Of a stretch of 38,417 nt of DNA, positions 8,856 to 17,261 are shown piece by piece. A model generated the notes under the pieces. The model did no database searches, was not told where the DNA came from, and saw nothing but the letters and a program-made list of their open reading frames with translations. The DNA comes from Candidatus Portnoybacteria bacterium RIFCSPLOWO2_01_FULL_43_11. GTDB lineage: Bacteria > Patescibacteriota > Minisyncoccia > Portnoybacterales > UBA2143. Positions within the stretch are counted from its first letter, which is position 1, and each line of letters begins with the position of its first letter. The DNA lies in contig MHNE01000015.1 of NCBI GenBank assembly GCA_001819605.1, forward strand, positions 1-38,417, read 5' to 3'. A program made the position numbers and the translations under genes.

Positions 8856-9798
8856 AATACGCCCTATTCTCTATTCTTAAATCTATATATTCTAAACCTT
8901 CCCGCGCTTCTTTAATTTCTTCTTCTAAAACCCGTTTTAAAACCTCAATTTGTTTATCAACCGGCTTTTGAGGATTAAAATAAATCCGCCAGCCAAGAGA
9001 AGTCATTATTCTCAAATCTTGAATTGAAATAATACTGAAATTAAGCCCTCTTATATTTAATATTTCCGGCAATTTTTCTTTAGCCGTTAAAATGAAATCC
9101 GTTAATTCCCGTGAAATCACTTGCTCTCCGATTCCGATATTCCGCTTTCTTAAATCATTGATAACTAAAATCAGACTGCCGTCCATAGCCGGCGATTCTT
9201 TATAAATAATTCCTTCTTTGTCAAGATAAAAACACTGGCCTCTTTCTTCCGTTTCAATAATTTCGGTAGTGGTATTATTCTCAATGCCGTTAAAAGCCGG
9301 CACCATCTTAATCTGACACCACACGCCGACAGATTCCCGTTCTTTAATTTTTATCTCTAAAATATTATTTGAGCCGTTGACTGAACTTTGTAAGTCTGTC
9401 TGACCCGAGTTAACCCATTTGATAAACATAGCGAGGCGGCCGAAAAAATCTAAATTAAATTTTTTATTGACCTCAACTGAAGCTATTTTTGGAAAAACTC
9501 CTAAAATATCCGCCTTTATTTCATGAACCGGGATTAAAATAAGACTCTTTAAGGGAATAATTCCTGAAAATTTTTCCGACAAAGAATTTTGAACGATATT
9601 TTCTATTTCTGAAACAGAAACGGATTCAGCTCCCTTTATCTCAATTTTTTCCACCCGTAAAAACGAAGAAAAAATAAAAAAGTAAATTAAACCGATAACC
9701 AAACAAAAAAATAACCCTCCGAAGATTATTATCTTAAGGCGGGATTTTTTTGTTTTAGAAGACCGTTTAACTTGATAAACTCCGCGCTTTTTCCTCAT
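8839..9798 (-). CDS. ftsQ: Cell division protein FtsQ/DivIB-like
   Basis: Basic N-terminal tail, one TM helix, POTRA-like VEKIEIKG, IKIKER, LDKEG, and C-terminal YIDLRIENRAYF. Confidence 0.85.
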   Translation of the reverse strand: MRKKRGVYQVKRSSKTKKSRLKIIIFGGLFFCLVIGLIYFFIFSSFLRVEKIEIKGAESVSVSEIENIVQNSLSEKFSGIIPLKSLILIPVHEIKADILGVFPKIASVEVNKKFNLDFFGRLAMFIKWVNSGQTDLQSSVNGSNNILEIKIKERESVGVWCQIKMVPAFNGIENNTTTEIIETEERGQCFYLDKEGIIYKESPAMDGSLILVINDLRKRNIGIGEQVISRELTDFILTAKEKLPEILNIRGLNFSIISIQDLRIMTSLGWRIYFNPQKPVDKQIEVLKRVLEEEIKEAREGLEYIDLRIENRAYFKTDK

Positions 9799-10154
9799 AA
9801 TGCTCTTCTTATAATTTTATACCAATCAGGATAATCAAAAATACCTTGAAAAATCACGCCAATAATCATTCCCTGAAAAATAGTCTCTTTTAAGACCGGC
9901 ACAATGTCAAAAATTCCTAAAAAAAATAAAGAAAGGCCAATCAACCAATGATGAAAATGAAGACGATATCGACCTATGTTTAATATTATTGATTTTATCC
10001 GGCCCGGTAAGCCGACTTTTTTGCCACCACCCCATCTGGCCAAAAAATAACCCGTCACTCCGGCAAGTGTAATCGGAAATGAAATAAAACTCAAAGCCCC
10101 TAATGAAGAAATTAAAAGTTTTTTATTTTTAAGTAATTTTATCTTTTCCCACAT
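9795..10154 (-). CDS. Hypothetical membrane protein with HFHHW motif
   Basis: Hydrophobic segments and RLHFHHWLIG. Overlaps the serS end and the ftsQ start. Confidence 0.7.
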   Translation of the reverse strand: MWEKIKLLKNKKLLISSLGALSFISFPITLAGVTGYFLARWGGGKKVGLPGRIKSIILNIGRYRLHFHHWLIGLSLFFLGIFDIVPVLKETIFQGMIIGVIFQGIFDYPDWYKIIRRAL

Positions 10155-11376
10155 ATTTTCTTAAAACTTTCGGCACCAGCACACTGCCGTCTTTTTGTTG
10201 ATAATTTTCTAAAATAGCGATAATTGTTCGGCCAATGGCCAAGGCAGTGGCGTTAAGCGTATGAACAAAAGATGTCTTATTTGTCTTTTGGTCCTTATAA
10301 CGAATATTAAGCCCTTGGGCTTGAAAATCAGAGGTATTTGAACAAGAATGCGTTTCCCGATACTGATTTTGGCCGGGCAGCCATGTCTCAATATCATACT
10401 GCTTTACGTCAATCCAGTCCATATCCCCGGCGCAAAGAAGCACCACTCTATAAGAAAGCCCTAATAACTGCATAATCATTTCTTCTTGAGCGAGTAAAAA
10501 ATCGTGCTCTTTTAAGGAATCTTTTGGCTTAGTAAACACAAACATCTCTACTTTATCAAATTGATGAACCCGTAAAATACCTTTAGTATCTTTACCATAA
10601 GAGCCGGCTTCGCGCCGAAAACAGGTGGAAAAACCCACATAACGCCGCGGCAGATCCTCTTCTTTAAAAATCTCATTCATATGCATCGGACCAACCGTAT
10701 GTTCGGCGCTGCCGATTAAATAAAGCTCGTCCTTGGGAATAAAATAACGTTCTTCTTCCATACCGGCTAAAAGACGGCCAGTTCCTCTATAAGGCCCGGG
10801 TTTAATCATCACCGGTGGCGCAATCGGAATAAATCCCTCTTTTATTAAAACATCAAAAGCTAATTGAATCAAAGCGAATTCCAATAAAACCGCTTCTCTT
10901 TTTAAATAACCGAAACGACTGCCCGAGACCTTAGCCGCTCTTTCTATGTCAATTAAATCTAATTTTTCCGCTATGGTCAAATAATCTTTTGGCTTAAAAT
11001 TAAACTTTGGCTTTTTGCCAACTTCACGCAAAACTTTATTGTCTTTTTCGTCTTTTCCTTCCGGCACCTCGTCAAGCGGCAAATTCGGCGCCTGCTGGAT
11101 TAAATTCTCCAGTTCTTTTTCGGTTTTTTCCAGTTCCGGCTCTAATGATTTTATTTGCTCTTTTATCTTTTTGGCATTTTTATGTTGTTCGCTGTTCGCT
11201 GTTCCTTGTTCGCTAATTCTATTCTGTTCTGCCCGCAGTTGCTCCACTTCCTGAAGCATTTCTCGCTTTTTTTTATCCAATTCCAAAAGCCAATCAATAT
11301 CAACCTTGACCTGTTTTTTCCGACAACCCTCTTTTACTTTCTCCGGATTTTCACGGATGAATTTGATGTCGAGCAT
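10129..11376 (-). CDS. serS: Serine--tRNA ligase
   Basis: MLDIKFIREN, coiled-coil arm, CFRREAGSYGKDTKGILRVHQFDKVE, ETHSCSN, HTLNAT. Start set at ATG 11376. Confidence 0.99.
   Translation of the reverse strand: MLDIKFIRENPEKVKEGCRKKQVKVDIDWLLELDKKKREMLQEVEQLRAEQNRISEQGTANSEQHKNAKKIKEQIKSLEPELEKTEKELENLIQQAPNLPLDEVPEGKDEKDNKVLREVGKKPKFNFKPKDYLTIAEKLDLIDIERAAKVSGSRFGYLKREAVLLEFALIQLAFDVLIKEGFIPIAPPVMIKPGPYRGTGRLLAGMEEERYFIPKDELYLIGSAEHTVGPMHMNEIFKEEDLPRRYVGFSTCFRREAGSYGKDTKGILRVHQFDKVEMFVFTKPKDSLKEHDFLLAQEEMIMQLLGLSYRVVLLCAGDMDWIDVKQYDIETWLPGQNQYRETHSCSNTSDFQAQGLNIRYKDQKTNKTSFVHTLNATALAIGRTIIAILENYQQKDGSVLVPKVLRKYVGKDKIT
11186..11213. repeat. Four tandem 7-mers (TGTTCGC) inside serS
   Basis: TGTTCGC TGTTCGC TGTTCCT TGTTCGC; encodes SEQGTANSEQ. 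Confidence 0.8.
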
Positions 11377-11387
11377 AATAATTTTCA

Positions 11388-11413
11388 ACAGCGAAGAAAT
11401 ATGTCTTCGCTGT
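11388..11413. other. 10-bp hairpin between lysS and serS
   Basis: ACAGCGAAGA-AATATG-TCTTCGCTGT; no convincing U tract. Confidence 0.55.
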
Positions 11414-11423
11414 CCGCTTCATT

Positions 11424-12899
11424 TTATTTCGGCCTCATCAAAGGAAATAAAATTATTTCCCGCAAGCTGTGCGAATCGGTTAAAAGAGCGGCTAAACGGT
11501 CCAAGCCCATGCCAAAGCCCGCCGCCGGCGGCATGCCGTATTCCAAGGCCTCAATAAAGTCTTTATCGTATCTTTGCGCTTCGTCGTCTCCGCCTTTCCT
11601 GTGTTTTTCCTGCTCTTTAAATCTTTTATCCTGCTCCAAAGGATCGTTTAATTCTGAAAAAGCGTTATTTAATTCAATTCCGCCGGCAATCAACTGAAAC
11701 CGGGCTGCCTTAGTCAAATCCCCCTCAACCGATTTAGCCAAAGGCGTCATTTCAATCGGATGATTAATCACAAAACACGGCTGAATTAATTTCGGCCTGA
11801 CTGTTTTTTTATACAACTCATCAATTATTTTACAACGCGGGTCTTTAGATTCTATTTTTAAGTCAAATTCTTTTACCTTTTGACGCAAGTCTTTTGTCTC
11901 TGTTTTTTCAATGTCTATCCGACATTCTTTTTTTATTAAGTCTTGAAATTTAATCCGCGGCCAAGGTCTTTCAAAGTTTATTTTATGATTTTGATAGTTA
12001 ATCGTTGTCTGTTGTTCGCTGTTTGCCAATATCTGCTTTAACAGATATTCAAACATCTCTTCAATCATCTCCATTAAATCCTCATAATCAGCGTAAGCCC
12101 AATAAAATTCAAGCATGGTAAAATCAGGGTTATGAGAAAAATCAACGCCTTCGTTTCTAAAACAACGGCCGATTTCATAGACTTTTTCAAAACCGCCGAC
12201 TAACAACCTTTTTAAAAAAAGCTCCGGCGCTACCCTAAGATACAAATCAAAATCCAAGGCATTGAGATATGTTTTAAAAGGTCTGGCCGAGGCGCCCCCG
12301 GGAATTAACTGAAGAATCGGCGTCTCTACTTCAATAAATCCCTGTTTTTCTAAAAATTCTCTGATAGATTTAATAATCTGGTTGCGGACTAAAAATTTTT
12401 CCCGGACATCTCTATTCATCGCTAAATCCAGATATCTTTTTCGAAATCTCTCCTCCACATCCTTTAGGCCGTGCCACTTCTCCGGCAAAGGTAAAAGAGT
12501 TTTGGTTAAAATCCGGTAATCTTTGACCAACAAAGTCCTCTCGCCTTTTTTAGTCAAAAAAACCTCGCCTTTGGCTTCAATAAAATCGCCAATGTCAAAA
12601 TTATCCAAAAAAAACTTATATTTTTTTTCGCCCAGCCGGTCTTTTTTAAAATAAAGCTGGAATTTGGCTGCGGCGTCTTCAATATGCGCGAAAGTTGAAC
12701 CGCCATGCTCACGAATATTTCTCAAGCGACTGGCCAAAACTACCTGACTCTTTTGACTGGATAAATTCTTAAAATCATCAAAAACTTCTCTGCAGGTATG
12801 AGTCCGTTTAGTTTTAGCCGGATAAGGATTTAAACCTTCTTGGCGGATATTTTCCAGTTTCTTTAAACGAGTTTTTCTAATAGATTGAACAGAAGACAT
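11424..12899 (-). CDS. lysS: Lysine--tRNA ligase (class II)
   Basis: PLPEKWHGLKD...RKRYLDL, GGASARPF, FRNEG...HNPDFTMLEFY, ALEYGMPPAAGFGMGLDR. Confidence 0.99.
   Translation of the reverse strand: MSSVQSIRKTRLKKLENIRQEGLNPYPAKTKRTHTCREVFDDFKNLSSQKSQVVLASRLRNIREHGGSTFAHIEDAAAKFQLYFKKDRLGEKKYKFFLDNFDIGDFIEAKGEVFLTKKGERTLLVKDYRILTKTLLPLPEKWHGLKDVEERFRKRYLDLAMNRDVREKFLVRNQIIKSIREFLEKQGFIEVETPILQLIPGGASARPFKTYLNALDFDLYLRVAPELFLKRLLVGGFEKVYEIGRCFRNEGVDFSHNPDFTMLEFYWAYADYEDLMEMIEEMFEYLLKQILANSEQQTTINYQNHKINFERPWPRIKFQDLIKKECRIDIEKTETKDLRQKVKEFDLKIESKDPRCKIIDELYKKTVRPKLIQPCFVINHPIEMTPLAKSVEGDLTKAARFQLIAGGIELNNAFSELNDPLEQDKRFKEQEKHRKGGDDEAQRYDKDFIEALEYGMPPAAGFGMGLDRLAALLTDSHSLREIILFPLMRPK
11992..12026. 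repeat. Degenerate period-7 tract inside lysS
   Basis: TGATAGT TAATCGT TGTCTGT TGTTCGC TGTTTGC. Shares TGTTGTTCGCTGTT with serS 11183-11196. Confidence 0.6.
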
Positions 12900-12909
12900 A
12901 TTATAGGAA

Positions 12910-13371
12910 TTATTTGATATTTACTATTTTATACCTAACTTTTTTTCCGGGTATTTCTACATCAACCACATCGCCGACCTCGTGACCCAAAAAGGCTTTG
13001 CCCAGAGGCGATTCGTTAGAAATTTTTCCCTGACTTGGTTCGGCCTCTTGGGAACCGACAATGTTAAATACGTGTTTTCTAAGACTTGACCTGACTTCAA
13101 TCACGGACCCCAGACCGACTTTCTTTTTAGAACCGGTGTCTTTGCCCGGCTGAATAACAATTATATTTCTAATCATATCTTCCAATTCTAAAATTCTTCC
13201 TTCATTAAATGACTGCGCTTCTTTCGCAGCCGAATATTCCGTATTTTCGCTTAAATCTCCTAATGACTTGGCTTCTTCCAATCTTTTAGCTATCTCTTGC
13301 CGTTTTTCAATTTTTCTCTCTTTTAATTCATTTTTTAACTTTTGAAGACCTTCTGGAGTAATGTATTTCAT
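12910..13371 (-). CDS. greA: Transcription elongation factor GreA
   Basis: YITPEGLQKL, GDLSENTEY, ISNESPLGKAFLG. Confidence 0.98.
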   Translation of the reverse strand: MKYITPEGLQKLKNELKERKIEKRQEIAKRLEEAKSLGDLSENTEYSAAKEAQSFNEGRILELEDMIRNIIVIQPGKDTGSKKKVGLGSVIEVRSSLRKHVFNIVGSQEAEPSQGKISNESPLGKAFLGHEVGDVVDVEIPGKKVRYKIVNIK

Positions 13372-13381
13372 CTTTTTAGTG

Positions 13382-13650
13382 TCTTATATATTGTAAGAAA
13401 TCCAACCGTTGTTTACATTTCTTGAGAAAAGAGCAGAAAATCTTTTCCCAACCAGCATATTGGAGCAATAGAGACAAATTACCGAAGCGAGCGAGAGGGA
13501 GACCGAAACTGCGGGAGCGAAGCGACCAAATTTCGGAGGGTTCCCCGAAGCGAGCGAGGATAATTTACCTATTGCGAAGATCCGGCTGGCGGGAAAAGAT
13601 TTTCTGCTGAATATAAAAATCTAAACAACACTCGTAATTCTTACATAAGA
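13382..13650 (+). repeat. ~270-nt imperfect palindromic element filling the mrdA-greA spacer
   Basis: Nested stems: TGTAAGAA/TTCTTACA, GTTGTTTA/TAAACAAC, a perfect 18-bp stem at 13432-13449/13591-13608, CCAGC/GCTGG, GCAATAG/CTATTGC, CCGAAA/TTTCGG. The apex is GG-GA-GC-GAA-GC-GA-CC. Confidence 0.9.
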
Positions 13651-13653
13651 ATT

Positions 13654-15654
13654 TTACCGACTAAACCACCATTCAAATACTTCCTTAGCTACCGGCACAG
13701 CCGCCCGGTGCCCTTCGCCGCCTCCTTCAACCACCACGGCTAAAGCGATTTCCGGGTTTTCATAAGGGGCAAACCCGGTAAACCAAGCATGAGTTTTATC
13801 AGAAACGCCAAATTGAGCTGTGCCGGTCTTTCCGGCCGCTCTTACGGGCAATGTCCCTAAAGCCTGAACTGAACCGGAAATAACCGATTCGCGCATTCCT
13901 TTTCGCACTATGGCTAAATTTTCTGAACTGATAAAATTTTCCCGGATAATTTTTGGCTCGATGTCTTTTATGGTATTTTTCTCTGAATCCATAATTTTGT
14001 CAACTATCTGCGGCTGATATAAAATCCCGTTGTTCGCAATGGCCGCGGTGGCCAAGGCCATCTGAAGCGGCGTAACCATTATGTCTCCCTGACCAATAGA
14101 GGCATGGTAAGTATCGCCGATATACCATTTTTCTTTCTTGGTTTCTTCTTTCCAGTTTTCGTCAGGAATCAAACCGTCTTCTTCAAAAGGCAAATCTATA
14201 TCAGTCAATTCACCCAAACCGAATAATTGAAGGTATTTTTTAATTCTATAAATGCCTAAACCATCTATATTTCCGTAGCCGCCTCCGACAGTGTAAAAAT
14301 AAACATTGCAGGATTCGGCGATTGCCTTTATTATATCAGTTAATCCGTGAATTTTCCAATCTGAAAAGGTATAGACGACTTGCGGATTATACGGATTGAC
14401 CACGGAAATTTCGCCCTGACTGTCATTGATTTTCTGACTGGGGCTGACTATTCTTTCTTCAAGAGCCGCGCTGCCGATTAAGGGCTTAATGATTGAACCG
14501 GGCGGATATTGTCCGGCTATTGCCCGGTTAAAAAGCGGTTGGTCGGGATTCTTAATCAAAGCGTCGTAATCAGCCGAAGAAATGCCTTGAGAAAAAATAT
14601 TATTATCAAAAGCGGGAAAACTTACCAAAGCGAGAATACCGCCATTTTTTACGTCAACAACTACGGCAGCCGCTTTTGTAACTTTTCCGCCCGGAGCGGA
14701 AATTTGACCAATTATTCTATTCAAACTCTGATAAAGTTTATCCTGCAGTCCTTTATCAATAAAAAGACCCAGACTTTGACCCGGCTCAGATGGCTTAAGC
14801 GCTAAGAATTTCCGGCTTTGTCCGAAAACATCCACCTCTATTTCTTCTTTTCCGGCCTCTCCTCTTAATAATTCCTCGTACTGAAGCTCTAAACCGGTTT
14901 TGCCGATCTCGTCATCCGGCCCGTATGAAAATTGAGACCCCAAATCAGCTGAATTAATCTCTCCCGTATAACCCAAAACATGAGAAAGAATCGGAGCTTC
15001 ATTTTCTCCTAAAATATATTGACGATGAATATTTCTGACCAGTCTCACGCCTGGCCACTCGCTGACCAAACTCTCCAGAACCAAAGCGGCTGACTGTTCT
15101 ATGTTTTTTACTAAAACTACCTGGGCTGTTTTGCCTTGAGCTTCTTTTATCTTTTTTTTAAACTCTTCTGATTTGTTGCCTGCTTTAGGAATTTTTTCTT
15201 CGCTCCGCGCTAAAGAATTTTTCTCCTGGTTTTCCCTTAAAATAACACTTATTTCTTTTAGAATCTCTTCTTGAACTGAAGCTGAATTTACCAGAAAATC
15301 CGCTAAATTAACCCTTAAATCAAAAGCCGGAACATTATAAACCAAAGGATCTCCGTAACGGTCATAAATAATGCCCCGGGGCGCGGCTAAAGAATATGTT
15401 TTAATTCTATTCCCTTCGGCTAAGTTCCTGTAATATTCACCCTTGATAATCTGAAGATACCCGGTCCGGATAAATAAAGCAAAAAGAGCGCTGACTATTA
15501 AAATATAAAAAAGGATAAAATTACGCGCTTTAATAGGCTGTTCTAATTTCCCTTTATCTTCCAAGGAACGAATGGCCTCGGCGTCTAAAAAAATCTCCTC
15601 GGCTTCAATGTTTTCATCTGAATTGTTTTTGATAGAATATTTTTTTAATCCCAT
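13654..15654 (-). CDS. mrdA: Penicillin-binding protein 2 (class B)
   Basis: APRGIIYDR, GKTGLE, PGSIIK (SxxK), SCN (SxN), KTGTAQ; downstream of mreCD. Confidence 0.97.
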   Translation of the reverse strand: MGLKKYSIKNNSDENIEAEEIFLDAEAIRSLEDKGKLEQPIKARNFILFYILIVSALFALFIRTGYLQIIKGEYYRNLAEGNRIKTYSLAAPRGIIYDRYGDPLVYNVPAFDLRVNLADFLVNSASVQEEILKEISVILRENQEKNSLARSEEKIPKAGNKSEEFKKKIKEAQGKTAQVVLVKNIEQSAALVLESLVSEWPGVRLVRNIHRQYILGENEAPILSHVLGYTGEINSADLGSQFSYGPDDEIGKTGLELQYEELLRGEAGKEEIEVDVFGQSRKFLALKPSEPGQSLGLFIDKGLQDKLYQSLNRIIGQISAPGGKVTKAAAVVVDVKNGGILALVSFPAFDNNIFSQGISSADYDALIKNPDQPLFNRAIAGQYPPGSIIKPLIGSAALEERIVSPSQKINDSQGEISVVNPYNPQVVYTFSDWKIHGLTDIIKAIAESCNVYFYTVGGGYGNIDGLGIYRIKKYLQLFGLGELTDIDLPFEEDGLIPDENWKEETKKEKWYIGDTYHASIGQGDIMVTPLQMALATAAIANNGILYQPQIVDKIMDSEKNTIKDIEPKIIRENFISSENLAIVRKGMRESVISGSVQALGTLPVRAAGKTGTAQFGVSDKTHAWFTGFAPYENPEIALAVVVEGGGEGHRAAVPVAKEVFEWWFSR

Positions 15655-16159
15655 AAAAAATCAAGGTAATTAGAATCGTGTTATAGACCGCTTCTAAAAG
15701 AATTGAATAAAATGAATACGGATTAACAGGCCAAGACCCGTCTTTAAAAGAGATTGAACCAAAAAGAACAGAAATCGGAATAAACAGTCTAATCAAAATA
15801 ATTAAAATCAGGTTATAAAAAAGAGTGGCCGCGAGCGATAAAAGAACTAAGCTCCCAAAATTTATCCGGCTGAAAATATTTTTAATCAGCCAATCAACTA
15901 AATATGTAAGACCGATAAAACTTAAACTGAACACCCCGAAGGGCAAACCGCTGAATAAATCTAAAAGCAAACCGGCCAATATAATCGGCCAGAATTTCCG
16001 GCTGTCGGACAAATCTTTCTGGAAAACCAAGATAACCCAAGCTAAAATAAAAACTAAAACTAAATTAGGCGCTGCCCCGTAAATACCCAAGGCCGGCCAA
16101 AAACTGGTTTGACTGATAACGGATATCAATAAAATCAGAACAATGCTTAAAGATTTCAT
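15614..16159 (-). CDS. mreD: Rod shape-determining protein MreD
   Basis: Polytopic; PNLVLV and GLLLDLFSGLPFG; lies between mreC and mrdA. Confidence 0.9.
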   Translation of the reverse strand: MKSLSIVLILLISVISQTSFWPALGIYGAAPNLVLVFILAWVILVFQKDLSDSRKFWPIILAGLLLDLFSGLPFGVFSLSFIGLTYLVDWLIKNIFSRINFGSLVLLSLAATLFYNLILIILIRLFIPISVLFGSISFKDGSWPVNPYSFYSILLEAVYNTILITLIFYGIKKIFYQKQFR

Positions 16160-16947
16160 CTTATTACAAAAACTCTGTCTATTTTCCCGAAATCCGCCGC
16201 GGGTCTGATAATCGCCTCTTTGAAAACCTGCGGCTGGCTGGAAATAACTTTTTCAATTTGACCAATAAAAATCCCTTTTGGAAAAAGATTAGCCAAGCCG
16301 GAAGTAATTACGGTTTGATTAGACTCAATTTTCTCGTCTTGAGCTATCCAATCCATAATTAAGCTGTTATAAGATCCCCCTCTGATAATCCCGCTGATTC
16401 CGGATTCCTGAATCAAAGCGTTAACCCGGCTGCCGGGATAAGTAATCAGCAAAACTTTGGCCGTTGAATTTGAAACTTGAGAAATCCTTCCCACTAAAAG
16501 ATTGCCGGCCGCGATCACTGTTTCTCCTGCCTTTAAGCCGTCTTTTTCTCCTTTATCAATTAAAATATACTCCCCTAAATTGGCCGGACTTTGTCCGATA
16601 ACATCGGCTAAAATCAATTGCCCTTTAATTTGTTCCGGTAAATCTATTTGCTGGCGAAGGAATTTATTTTCCCGGGCTGTTTCTTTTAATCCAGCCAATT
16701 CCCCCTTTAATTTCCTGTTTTCTTCCTGATATTCAATATTTTGAGAATTAAGCCGTTTGATATTTTTTAATAAATCAATAATATCCTTAAACTTCAGACT
16801 AATCTGATAAGTGGATTTTTGGAGAGGCGCCGTTATCCGAAAAAAAATATCTTTGGGCTGTTTTAATAATCCCTGACCGTTTATAAAAATTAAACCGATA
16901 ATCGTCAAAAGGGCTAAAATTACGGGTTTTTTAAATATTTTTTTCAT
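16156..16947 (-). CDS. mreC: Rod shape-determining protein MreC
   Basis: TM helix, coiled coil (ENKFLR), IDKGEKDG, LVGRI, VITSG...FPKGIFIG. Start set at ATG 16947, 7 nt after TGA-TAAACT. Confidence 0.95.
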   Translation of the reverse strand: MKKIFKKPVILALLTIIGLIFINGQGLLKQPKDIFFRITAPLQKSTYQISLKFKDIIDLLKNIKRLNSQNIEYQEENRKLKGELAGLKETARENKFLRQQIDLPEQIKGQLILADVIGQSPANLGEYILIDKGEKDGLKAGETVIAAGNLLVGRISQVSNSTAKVLLITYPGSRVNALIQESGISGIIRGGSYNSLIMDWIAQDEKIESNQTVITSGLANLFPKGIFIGQIEKVISSQPQVFKEAIIRPAADFGKIDRVFVIR

Positions 16948-17032
16948 CACAGGCAGTTTATCATAAATAAAAAATCCCAACAATACCAACTAATTTGTCA
17001 GGTTTAAAATTAAAAATAATAAAAATGTAAGA

Positions 17033-17194
17033 CTAAACTGACTTTTCTTCTTCGGATTCGGTCGGTTCTTCCTTGCTCATCGAAGACGTCTCGGTCCCGC
17101 CCATTTCTTCCTCTCCCTTTCCTTTTCTAGACATTGCCCACCAAATTATACCGATAATTACTACTGCCGCGATACCGATATAAACCCATGTCAT
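17033..17194 (-). CDS. Small (53-aa) single-pass membrane protein with acidic tail, below the ORF-track cutoff
   Basis: Translates as MTWVYIGIAAVVIIGIIWWAMSRKGKGEEEMGGTETSSMSKEEPTESEEEKSV*. AAGGAG lies 8 nt before the ATG, with a TTGGAA-16-TAAACT promoter candidate upstream. Confidence 0.8.
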   Translation of the reverse strand: MTWVYIGIAAVVIIGIIWWAMSRKGKGEEEMGGTETSSMSKEEPTESEEEKSV

Positions 17195-17261
17195 ATTACT
17201 TTCTCCTTTCTGTCGCTTAGGCGACTAAATTTAGTTTAGCATATTTTAATTATTTTCCAAA

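Noticed and set aside
11007-11697. Several + strand ORFs (up to 180 aa) antisense to serS/lysS
   Set aside because: Shadow frames of well-conserved genes, with no motif or start signals.
13422-13610. 62-aa ORF in the mrdA-greA spacer
   Set aside because: Lies wholly within the palindromic element; TTG start; best explained as a by-product.
15190-15222. Possible decayed REP remnant in mrdA (TTCTTCGCTCCGCGCTAAAGAA)
   Set aside because: Stem too short and degenerate to distinguish from chance.
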